From contig NIVC01004324.1 of assembly GCA_002269645.1 (NCBI GenBank), forward strand, positions 1 to 50,528: a stretch of DNA of 50,528 nucleotides, read 5' to 3'. The position numbers and the translations under genes were made by a program. The notes under the pieces were generated by a model. The model ran no database searches. It saw only the letters and a program-made list of their open reading frames with translations, and was not told where the DNA came from. The DNA is from Macrostomum lignano. Its lineage: Eukaryota. Positions 34,801 through 46,800 of the stretch are shown piece after piece; positions within the stretch are counted from its first letter, which is position 1, and every line of letters starts with the position of its first letter.

Positions 34801-37800
34801 ATCGATCAGCGACGCGGTAGCTAAGGCAGCAGGAGTCTTGTCCTCCACAGGCCAAGGCTGGGTGCCGTAGAATTGCACCAGAAAGAGTAGAAAATGCCGA
34901 AGGTGGGTGAGCGCCCGTGAGAGCGGGTCACTGAGCAGCTGCCAGGCGCCCTGCATGTAAAACTCACAGAAGCTGATGTTGTGCTTGAGTGCAGCAAGAG
35001 TGGCAGTTTGCAAGTTTGCAGCAGGGTCATGATGGCTGCGTTGCCACCGCCGCGCTGTTTTCCAGGTTTAGGGCTATCCGGCTGTTCTCGAGCCGCTCCT
35101 TCAGCAGGGTCATGATGGCTGCGTTGCCACCGCCGCGCTGTTTTCCAGGTTTAGGGCTATCCGGCTGTTCTCGAGCCGCTCCTTCAGCAGGGTCATGATG
35201 GCTGCGTTACCACCGCCGCGCTGTTTTCCAGATTTAGGGTGATCGGTTGTTCTCGAGCCGCTTCTTGAACATGAAGATGGCCACCAAATCTGTCTTAATT
35301 TATTTGCACCTTGGTGCAAGTAAATGCCGCGACCTCCGAGTGGTCAAGGCGATGAGCCGCGCTTAAATGTTGCGGCGGCCAACAGCGGCAGGACCAAGCG
35401 AGGGCAGCGGAGCGAGCGTCGGCGTGTTGAGCGTCGGCGTGAGCGAAATCGGCGCGGTTGGCGACATGGTGATGCCCGTCGAGCTGCTGCCGCGCTGGCC
35501 CATACGGATCTTCTGGGGCCTGGGACCGAGAGGCTTATCTACATCGAGCCCCAGCCGTACCACAGGGCACGCTTTGGCACGGGACGCTGAACTGCCGCAC
35601 GCTCAAGGCTGCCTGGTGGAGAGGGGCTCTGGCAAAGCTAGCGCTCGACCTAAGCTGTGACGTCACCGCACTGCAGAAGGTGTCTATCAAGGCTGATCCG
35701 GGCTTCACTGTGAGGATCTGGGCGCCGGATGGACCCTCTACTACACATTGGCGGACCAACGAGATCGTGGAGGAGTTGGAGCGCTGGTCGGACCGAGGCT
35801 GTAGCAGAGCTGTCGCTGCGTCTCTCTGTCCCCTCAGCTGCTTTGGATCGACGTCCGGCTTCGAGGCCGGAACGCTCGCCTGTTCTGCGCGTATGCGCCC
35901 CCTTCCACCCGTCCTGATGAGGCTCAAGACTTCTTCGAGCAGCTTTTGGTACAGGTGGAGGAGGCAACGGCGCAGCGTGACACAGTGATCATCCTTTGTG
36001 ACCTGAACGTGGTTTTGCGTAGGTCCGAGCGGTCACTGTTCGTCACACTGCGTGAGAGCGGCAAAACCGGAGCGCTGGAGGACTTCCTAGAGAGGCAGGA
36101 CATGGTGTCGACCAACACCTGCTTCCGCAAGCCGCTGGACAAGCTCGCAACTTTTGTGGGCTACAAGCGCAGGCGGCGGAATGCGTGAGGCCGGAACGCA
36201 ACACGGAGGCAGGCACAGCTCGATCATGTGCTGGTGCGCTTCAGCGAGCGCCGCCGCGTCATCAATTGCCGCGCCATCACGCACGCCTCTGGCTCTGCGG
36301 TCCGATTATCGACTCCTCGTCTGCGACCTTCGTCTTCGTGATCCACTCTACCGTCCGCCGAAGCGGCCACCGCGGCGCTACTACCACGCACTCAGGGACG
36401 CCAACAAGCACAGCTGCTTTGCTAGCGCTTTCATCACTGCGCTCAGCGGCAAGCATGGAGGTGCCGAGTACGCGGAGGTGTGCGCTTCAGTTCGAGCCGC
36501 CGCGAAACAAGCAGTCCCGCTGATGCGACCGGCCCAGCGGGGGCAGCCGGTATGGCAAGACGACTCCGCGATTCGGCAAGCGAGGGAAGAGCTGTAGAGA
36601 CTCCTTTTGAGCAGGCGACCAACCCGCGTGGCAGAGGAGGTCTTGGCGGCTGTCTATCTGCAGCGCCAGCAGGTTGCTGTTGATGAACCCATTCGGGCCA
36701 TCTCTGCCGCTCGGCCCGATGCCAGAGGTCGCGTGGCCTGGTCGGCTATCAATTTTCTGACGGGGCGAAAGCGGCGCATTCTGCTAAACCTGGCAGGCGA
36801 TTCTGCGGACCAGCGCAGGAACGAGCTGCGTGAGTTCTTCGCCGCCATTGTCAACGCGCCGCCAGCCCCTCTGCCAGCCAGACAGTCTGACGCTGCCGCT
36901 GGAGATACCGTTGCCGGCAGAGGAGAGCTTCAACCTAGCACCATTCAGCAAAGCCGACGTTGTGAGGCTCGCCTAACAGTCACCGGGCGGGAAAGCGTTG
37001 GGTCAGGATGAGGTGCTCATCGATGCGCTGTGCATCCACTGTGTGGCCAGTGAGGTCGAGAGAGATCGCGTGCTCTTTGGTGAGGAGGCACCCAACGAAA
37101 TGACTACGGCGCACATCGTCGCAGTTCCTAAGAAGCCGGGCACGACGAGGCTTGAGGAGCATCGAGGTATCTGCCTTCAGTCCTGATCTTTGAAGTTGGT
37201 CAACCGGATGCTGTTATCGCGGTTTCAGCCGGTGCTGAATCCGTACCTGCGTCCTCAAGCTACATCATCCGTGCCGAGTCGTACCGCCCACAGCCGGTGC
37301 AGGAGGTGCTGCACTCAGACCTGCACTCGGCGTTTCATTGACTGCCTGCTGGCTGACGCCGGCGCCCCGGATTCGGCCGGCGGCGTGGTGTTCATTCGCG
37401 ACCTGGCCTGTGACGCTGAAAGCGTATTCTGATGTTATATGGCCACTAACTGTAGCGCTACTTTTTGTGTTGCCATGCTCGTCTGCCAGGCGGCCTGCCG
37501 CATCATCATCGAATCCAACGAACACGAAGTCGCTTGGATCTCCCGATCGGTGGACTATGATGCCGCCACCCAGCTGAAAGGCGTCCGTCTCCATGAAAAC
37601 CAGCCAGCTCGGTCGCACCCAGAGACGGCCACATGGAAAGGTGGGTAGCGTCTGCAGCCAACAGTCCAGCTGAGCGCGGAGCCCGCTACGGGGATCCGAC
37701 GATGATGTCGACGATGATGTTGATGGCGTTGGTTACGTCAATGAGAGCTCGCGGAAGCCTTTGCTGTGCCTGTTAGGGTTAGTAGGGTTAAAACTAAATT

Positions 37801-40800
37801 GACGGCCCTTTGACTTGTTCAATTTCTACAACAGTACCGGGTGCGGAGCCTCACAGACGTGCGCAAAATTGTAAGGTTGCCTCTGGCATCTGTGGCTGCT
37901 GTTTGTTATATCTATTTCAATGTTGGGCTTGCTCTGATGGCGAGCCAAGTTGATTCTATATATTTTCTCGCCCTGTAGGCTTTAGGTCAGGGCCATATAC
38001 TTACGGTATTATCATCTACGCCATCTCCCCTTTCCAGTCATTGTTCCTTATTTACTCAAGAAACTGAACTTTCGGCTGCCCAGTCGGCTGTACTGAAACC
38101 GAACTGGCGGGATATTTTTGTCGACCTGGCACTAACGCGAGGTCTCTCCGGTGGCCTCTGGTCCTCAAGTCTCTGATTGTCCGTTTGGTACGTTCTTGAT
38201 TCACCAGCTTGTTAGTCGCCTGTTGCAGATAATCGGCGTTCCATGGTAGTGTTGGCCGGACGAAGATACGATTGCTATGATGGCGAGCTTGCTATTATTC
38301 GGTCATTAGCTAGCTTGATCAGGTAGTCGCGGTGTTTGCCTACCTCCACCACCACGCCCCTCCGTTGCCACAGCTTGGTTGTCGGGTCTTGTAGAACCAT
38401 AGTCGAGCCAATTCTGATTCGGCCAAGACTCTTCTACAGAATGCCTTCTGCCATCCTGCCCTTGTCTATGTCGTTGTTTCGATAGTCCCAAGATCCTCTG
38501 ATAATCTTCTTGGCAGACTTAACTGCGGATTCAGCCCTTCCATTGCTTTGGTGATGGTAAGGTGATGAGAATCTGGACTCAACTCCCCATCTCTTCAGAA
38601 AATTTACAAAGACGTTGGCTTTGAAGTGAGAGCCTGAGTCTGACCAGAAGGATTCCGGTACGGCTGTCTGACGAAATAGCTCACGGCATGCATTGATAAG
38701 CTTGTAAACCGGAGCGTTTTGTCCGAAACTCCAGACGTTGATCCAGCCTGAGTAGCAATCCACTATCACTAGCAATTGCCTGCCGCGAAATTCACAAAAG
38801 TCCGCGTGAACTTCCTGGAAACACCTTCCTGGCGGATTTCTCTGCATCATCGACTCTCTGGTTTGACTTGGCCGGTTTTTTCTTGGCATGCCTTGCATTG
38901 TTTTATTGTGTCATCTATTTGACGTTCCATGCCGGGCCAATAGACTGTCATCCTTGCTCTTGCTTTGGTTTTAGTAGCACCTTGATGACTCGCGTGCAAA
39001 GTTCTCAAAACTTCTCTTTGTATTTCTTTAGGAATTATGCATCGACATCCATTGAGAATGATCCCATCTTCGACAACGAGCTTATGTCTGGCGTGCCAAT
39101 ATGGTCTTAGATTAACTGGCAGATTAGCATTGTCGTTTGGAAATCCATTTCCATTCTCGATAACTCGGATAAGGTCTTGCATTTCTGCATCATTCTTCAC
39201 TTGTTCTTGTAGTTTCTTCATGTTAACATCAATTTCCGTATCTTCTATTGCCATCATAAGTAAATTCACGCTGCTTACCGCTTGACTCTCGTCAATCTGG
39301 TCTTCCTCAGTCGCATTTGCAATGGGGACCCTTGATAGTGCATCGGCGTCTTCGTTGTCTTTGCCTCGAACCCATCTAGCATCATAGTTATAACGATTAA
39401 GCTTGGCGCGAAGGCGCTGTAACCGTGGGTTCTCAATTTGGTCCAGTTGATAGCTATTTAGGATCGGAATAAGTGGTTTGTGATCAAGACAAATTTCTTA
39501 TTTAATGCGATTCCGCTCTCGTCACATCGATTAAGAAATTCACGAACAGCTTGGACGTGGCTGTCGTAGTCGGCGCTTGCAACTATGCAGTCGTCCACGA
39601 GTATTTTTAAAACCCTGCAGAACACTGTCCAGTCTCCTGTTGTAATATTCAGAGATAGAGCTGATGCCAAAAGGTGCCATTCGAAACATATACTTCGTCA
39701 TTGTCACGGCTGCCGTTTTCCCTGCCGTTGACATGCCAGAATGAAGTGTCGTTGGCGCTGATCCCATAGTCCGAAGGATTTTCTGGTCGATGCTCTGCTT
39801 CGTTTGTGTGACTGAAAAATCAACAGCTTCAAAATGCAAGTTGGTCTGTGCCTCACCTGCACAGCATTCGATTGACTTCTCCCCATGTTCACTATGCTAT
39901 TCAATCAGCAAGTTTTGAAGTTTTGCAGTTTTACCATTTAATAGAGCAGATGTGCAAGGAGTTGGGGATAAACTTTCAGCTCCTTTGCAACAACTCTCAT
40001 ACACGTAACTCTGAATTTCAGCATCTAAAAATGAGAACGCCTTCGAGAGCTTCGAATCAATCACCAAAGTATCGAATCCCGTCGTGAGCACAGCTGGGTT
40101 GCCCCTGCAGGCCGATGGCTTCTGGACCGGCGCCCGGCTGACGGTGAGGACAGGGGCAACTGGCAGTCTGGGTTTAAACAAGGACATTTAATAATAGTTA
40201 ATAGCAATGCTTGCAATCTTTTTAGATGACACTGACCATGAAGAGCATACTGCATAGCATTTTGATGCTTAATTACATCCCGAACATGCTTTTTGCTGCT
40301 GAAGATCTTAACTTTAATCTGGAGTTTTACAACTACGATACCAAAAAATGGGACATGACTTCAAATGATTTGAAAACTGGAAACCCGGTGAGTTTTTGAT
40401 TTTGATTTTAAAAGGGGATGTCAGCTCAGTCCGAAAATAAAAGCGGCTTATCGAAGCGAGGGCTCTCTGCCGGAGTCCAGTATTGAACAGACAGTGGGAA
40501 ATATGAGATGAGTAAGAGATGAGTCAGCTTATGGCCCTCTTAAATGGTGTTTTTAATGGTGGTGGCCACCATGGCTGAGGCAGTTCTGTGCTAGTGTACA
40601 TGCCCTGACTTTCTAATCTTCAGGCATATGCACTCTCTGAGCTTTGGGGTTTGACCCTCAGGGGTGTGAATTGCACGAGAGCGCCAGGAAATTTTCAAAC
40701 ACGACCACCAAATAACTGTGGTAGCGTACGGAATCGAACCAGGTTAGATATTAGATATATATTATATTATATTACATTATATTATATAGCACAAGCCTAG

Positions 40801-43800
40801 AAATTAAATGCATTGTATTCGGGAGTACTGCGGAAGTACAAGATTTGCTAGCAGGAAATCTGCTTGCCAGAAAGTTTCAAAGTTTGCTGCCAAGGATTTT
40901 GCTAATACTTCATGTGTCCTTCACTTCTTTTTAATTCTTAAAATTACTCAAATTCCGCACTTAAATACAAGCTTCTAAGCCTTCTTAGCATTCCAGTGCT
41001 CATTGAAAAACACCAAAGGCTATATAATGTAGGTTTCTTAAATTTGACAGAAGTTTGTCAAAGGTTAAAACCGGATTTATCTAGCTAATAAACAATTTCT
41101 TGTAATTAGGCTTCAGAGAAGGCTTGACATGAAGACTTGGCATTCAGATGACGGGTCATTATATGTACTTTTAGCACCATTTTAACGTACGTTTAAAATA
41201 TTTGACAAAACAATGTCGTCAAAGCGTCTCTCAGAGTGTCATTTACTAAATGGCTTCCAAAATCAATTAAACTTCCAATCACTAAACGTGCACCCGTAGA
41301 AACAAAACTTAGAAACAGGGTGGTCGTGAATTCTGATGCCAGTGAAGCTCAGGCCTGATATGACTGAGTTTGTTGCAGCCGAATCAGGAGCAGGGATGGC
41401 GACAGACTCTTCTTCACCAATGACAGTCGAACCAAGATATGAAATAGAGATTGGCGCTTCTCCACCAGTACGCAACTGAAGAGCCTCGGAAACAGCTGCG
41501 CTGTTCTGCAGTGAGCGGTCACGATGCTTCGCCAGATATCGTCGTGTTGTTCTTTCTGAGATCTGTCCGGTAACAGACATTATGTCGGCCAGATTATGGC
41601 CAGCAGCTATTTTATACATGAATTACCTTAATAATTAACGCAGTTTTTTAGTAACTAAATAAAACATAATACTGATCTAACACTTATGATCTAATAAGTG
41701 TTCGTATACGCTTTCGACAGCCCGACTTTATCGCTAAGATTAAGTATAAATCGCTGCAGGTAGTTATCACCGCGGTTTTGTTTCACGGTTAACGTAACGT
41801 TTCCGTCGCTAGTAGCCAACAGCCTCGGAAAAAGATGATCGCCCTTAGTTTCTTGAGGCAGCAGATCCTTCCTACGTTAGCGGTCTCATAGATTCTGGCC
41901 TGCTTGTTGTCGCCACGTGATTTCGCGGGAAATTAGCGGGAGCTTAATGATGATGGCAAGTTGCATCCCACACTGTGTACACTCGCTAAGTCTATATATT
42001 TCCCTTTGTTTCACTTGCGGGTATTCTACGAAACCAATCTCCTCTGCCATGGACAAAAGCGTTACAGAATGTAACCTCAATGTTTTTTAACAGTAGAAAG
42101 ACCATGGGGGTGTATTTCAAATACACACATTTTTCTTTTGTCTGGATCTCCAAAAATATTCAACCAATTGCCATCAAAATCCTGAACACGGGCTAAATTC
42201 CGCTCTATTCGATGAAGCAACTCCAAGAATCACGAAAAATCGGCATCGTCGAGATATCCAACGATTCTCCTCGGGGTGTCCGGTGGCAAAAACCACCAAC
42301 ATTGGCAAATTTTTTCTGTTCACAAAATCTTATCATGAAACCACGTCGGCTCAGGAAACTATGCATATCAGTCGTAAAGGCCTTTGTTCTCAGCATCCCA
42401 GGAACTAGGGTCCCCTTCATCACCGTCTGGAGCATCGGCGGCGACCGTCGGGACCTTCAACAAAAGCACCCGATCGGCATCGCAGAGACGGCTGCGTTCC
42501 CAAAACTGAACTGGAAGAATCCTCTTCTGCATGCAGCATTCAGTCAGTAGACATAATCGGTGAATGAAATGGACGACGGCGACCCTCTAGGTTGACCTGT
42601 AGACATACAAGCGACCTTCGGGACCTTCAACGGAGTGCCACCACGCGGCCCCGACGAACTGGCACCCCCAACATCGTGAATTTTCTGTCAAGGCACCAAA
42701 CCAGGCATGTCTGCATATTATACAATGGTCCTGCACCATGTTCAGTATTCAGCTCTGTCTGGACGACCTTCGGGACCTTCAACGGAGTGCCACCACGCGG
42801 CCCCGACTAGCTGGCACCCCCAACATCGTGATTTTTCTATCAAGGCACCAAACCAGGCATGTCTGCATATTATACTATGCTTTTGCACCGTGTTAAATTG
42901 GAGAGTTGCAGATTTAACTGGCGACTGAATAATATAAAATATTTTTAATTTGTCAAAAATGATATTACAGCAGGTCAAAAATGATATTACGGCATGTCAA
43001 AAATGATATTACAGCAAATTCAAAGCAGAAGGATCTGAACACTGACACATAGACACAAAGGCTGAGTCAATTGTCACTATTTAATTTGGTGCACAACGTG
43101 GGCAGTAATGGTGACGATCACTGTCTCTTCCATGGCAGTGTCTTCGGCAAATTCCTTCGTCACACATGCAACACTTCCTTGTTGTCGCACTCAAGGCACG
43201 CTTCTCATCCTTTGACTTTTGTCTCGCGCATGTTGCACAGTGCTTTCTGGCACCAACTGACACCACAGCCACCGCTTTGCGTGCCTGTTCCTTCATTTGC
43301 TCGTCGTTGATTCGACAACCTGCGAGCTGGAACATCAGCCTGTGATGATTGGACAGATTTTGAAGAAGAGCGGCCGATTGCGAGCGCTCCTCGATCAGAG
43401 GTTGCAGAAGTTGCGCAGCCGCATTGCGCTGGAACTCGTTGCGATAGTTCGGCGAGGCGCAGAGCTCCGGGTGCGCCAGTCTCCAGATAGCAGCGGCATT
43501 CACAGCTGCTATGTTGAGTATGCCGCCGGAGAAGATTGCCTTCTCACATGAGTCGGACTTTCGCTTGCAGTCGGATGTGCGGAATATCCTGTTGCAGGTG
43601 TCCGTGCCACTCTTGGTAGAATTGTAGTACGAGCCTATTGCTACAGGCTTGCCATTGGGAAGCAATTGTCTGTCGTGATGCATGGTGGACAGCAACATCA
43701 CGTTTCGGCCCGCTTTGGGCCAGTTAAATCTGCAACTCTCCAATTTAACACGGTGCAAAAGCATAGTATAATATGCAGACATGCCTGGTTTGGTGCCTTG

Positions 43801-46800
43801 ATAGAAAAATCACGATGTTGGGGGTGCCAGCTAGTCGGGGCGCGTGGTGGCACTCCGTTGAAGGTCCCGAAGGTCGTCCAGACAGAGCTGAATGCTGAAC
43901 ATGGTGCAGGACCATTGTATAATATGCAGACATGCCTGGTTTGGTGCCTTGACAGAAAATTCACGATGTTGGGGGTGCCAGTTCGTCGGGGCCGCGTGGT
44001 GGCACTCCGTTGAAGGTCCCGAAGGTCGCTTGTATGTCTACAGGTCAACCTAGAGGGTCGCCGTCATCCATCTCATTCACCGATTATGTCTACTGACTGA
44101 ATGCTGCATGCAGAAGAGGATTCTTCCATTTCAGTTTTGGGAACGCAGCCGTCTCTGCGATGCCGATCGGGTGCTTTTGTTGAAGGTCCCGACGGTCGCC
44201 GCCGATGCTCCAGACGGTGATGAAGGGGACCCTAGTTCCTGGGATGCTGAGAAGAAAGGCCTCTCCGACAGATGGATCCAGATTATTGAGCCAATATGGA
44301 TTCACTATAAAGGTTTATACAGTGTAGTGTTGGTTGTCCTTGCCACCAGTGTCTTCGACAAGAATCGTTGAATATCTCGACGATGCTGACGTCGGATGAC
44401 TTTGAAAGTTAATTCGTTGGAAAGGGGGGAAATTTTGACCCAAATGGTGGACTTTTACGAAAATCGGTTATTCGGTTTGCGAGCTATGGTGAAATTGGTT
44501 GTGTGTATTTGTTATACACCCCCATGGTCTTTCCCCATGGGGAAAAAAAGCGTAGTCTTTCTACTGTTAATGGCATTCCTTTAAATTCATAAAATAAAAC
44601 ATGAAAATCACAATTTAGCAAAAAATATTTATTACCCGAGTTTAGAATGAATAGCTATATAGTTGTTATAGTCGATGGTGCTGGCTACCACCCGATTATT
44701 AATTTAACGAAATTTATCGTGGTCAGTCCGCAAAAAGTCTAGTCTATGACAGTGAAGGCCGTCAGTCCGTTTTTTGGTTGCACTTCATTCATGAAGCATG
44801 GATACCGCGCACTCCATATTATTGTGCTTCGATGGTCGATGGGGCCGTAATTTTCATCGATACCCTCGTGCGACCAGCTTTTGTACCTGCAACCTCTTTG
44901 CTGATCTCTCCTTCCACTAGACGCGTCATGACGTTTATCGCAAGCAAGCTATGCTGTTAGTGAATCGACCTTCAGTTTAAATAAAACCAATGAAAATTGG
45001 CTTCAGTACCAAAAATATTATTATTATTAAGAATATTAGGAATATTATTAATTTATTCTTCATTGACTAAAAAGTGACTTCAACAGAGAGCAGAGAGTTG
45101 GCTTTAATCGCATGTCCTGAAACTCTGTTCCAGGCTCCAGTAAAGATACCGAAGTCGACAATTTTCACCCCGGTGTACTACCTCATCGTTAACCTGGCCT
45201 ACACGGACAAACTGCGGTTGACGACAACATGGGATCGCAGCTTAGGAATCAAAATGGATCTTTTCGTCCGAGCGAAAAACCTAACAGGCAAGATGCCAAA
45301 GCTTGTAATTGCTTCCATTATTACCAGCAACATAAATTCATAATTAATTCTGACCCTCAATTTACTGTTTGGCAATACGCTTTGCAGAGATTAATCAGGC
45401 AATCTGCAATGGCACTCAATCAGTAACGCTCGAGCACCCCTACCTCGGATCCGCCACCCTGCCTTGCTTCCGAAACTCCCTGGTCGTGTACCAAAAACTG
45501 TCCCCGAACCTGGAGACCGGACGAACCCCAGTCGACTATCGCACTGGATTCGCTCTGGACCGACCCGCCATGGACTTCAACTTCACGCAAGCTGACCAGA
45601 TGAGCTTCTGGACCGGACTCGACTTCCTCGAGCTGCTGCCGACATACTTTGCGAGTCAGTGGCCGCTGACACTGAGGCTGGAGGCCACGAACTCGCAGGG
45701 ACTCGGCAAGTATGTCGAGTGCAAAGAGTGGTGGGTCGGGTCTCGAGCGGGCGGCTACCCGATGCACGCGAAAGACTGCCGGACGGGAACTCTGGACGAG
45801 TACACCTTTGTTGAGCTGAACAACGCTCAGTTCGGCCTGTTCTCAAACCTGTCTTGTGCCCAGCCGCTCTCACCGTGGTGGCAAAGTCAGTGCGATGGCA
45901 AAAATCTTGTCAAGCTGGCAGCAGATTCAAATGGAGCTCCTCGATGGATGCCAGACCTGCCTGCCGACAACGGTGTGTCGGTTCGAATGCGGCTGTTTGC
46001 GCCGAAGATGATCCCAAAGGGTGAGAAACACACTGTTTACACTCAAAGTTGCGTTATATAGCTAGACTCTCTGGTTCATTAATTATTGCTCAACTCATTT
46101 GCCTTTACCTATCTCGATTCGAATTCAGCAACAGAATCAGGCCAGGTGAGCGATGCGTGCACTATGGATGCCGAGTGCTCAAGTGAGAATATGACCGTGT
46201 GCATTCCTCGTGGCTCAGCGCTCACGCCTCAGTGCGGCTGCGCGAATCTTCAAGACCAGGGCCAGCCAGTCTGCACCATCACGGTGGACATGAGCATCGT
46301 TGCTTTTAACGTTACTTTCGACCCAGTGCCGGTTCGCGGCTGCGCCAGTCGGTACACGGCAACAATCCGTCTGAAGCACGCAAGTGGCAGCGCCGACATT
46401 CCAGAGGCTGCTCCGCCAACAGTTCTGGCGAATTTTTTCTCTTACTTTCTGAACAAGTCGTCAAGCGTGTATCCTCCAGTTGACCAGGAGTTTTACCTCC
46501 AACACAACCCTGTGACTGTCATTGAAGGCAACCTGCAAGGCTCATATAAGCTTTATGAGGAGTTTGAGTTCGTCATAACCGCCAACTTCACGATGCCGGA
46601 AGGAGGCCAGTGCGTCTCAGCGTCCTACCTGTGCATCGGCTTCAGCGCGTCGGAAAATGAAACGGTGCGCGACTCCGACCCGACTAATAACGCTTTCTGC
46701 ATGGACATTGACAGCGTGAAGGTGTGTCAGCCAATAGGAGACACGGAAATATCCAATTTTACATTGTTCCATTTGAGTCCGAATCCTTTGGTGAGACATG

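Noticed and set aside
39897-40255. Minus-strand ORFs as a transposase fragment
   Set aside because: They are antisense to a phase-consistent plus-strand exon (40022-40143).
42205-42435. Minus-strand ORF resembling a piggyBac core segment
   Set aside because: It lies downstream of the C-terminus and is the antisense of the inverted 5'-end copy, so the similarity is spurious.
44672-44960. Extra plus-strand exon of the PKD1-like gene
   Set aside because: It needs a frameshift and a non-canonical donor, and is better explained as a minus-strand Crypton-like exon.
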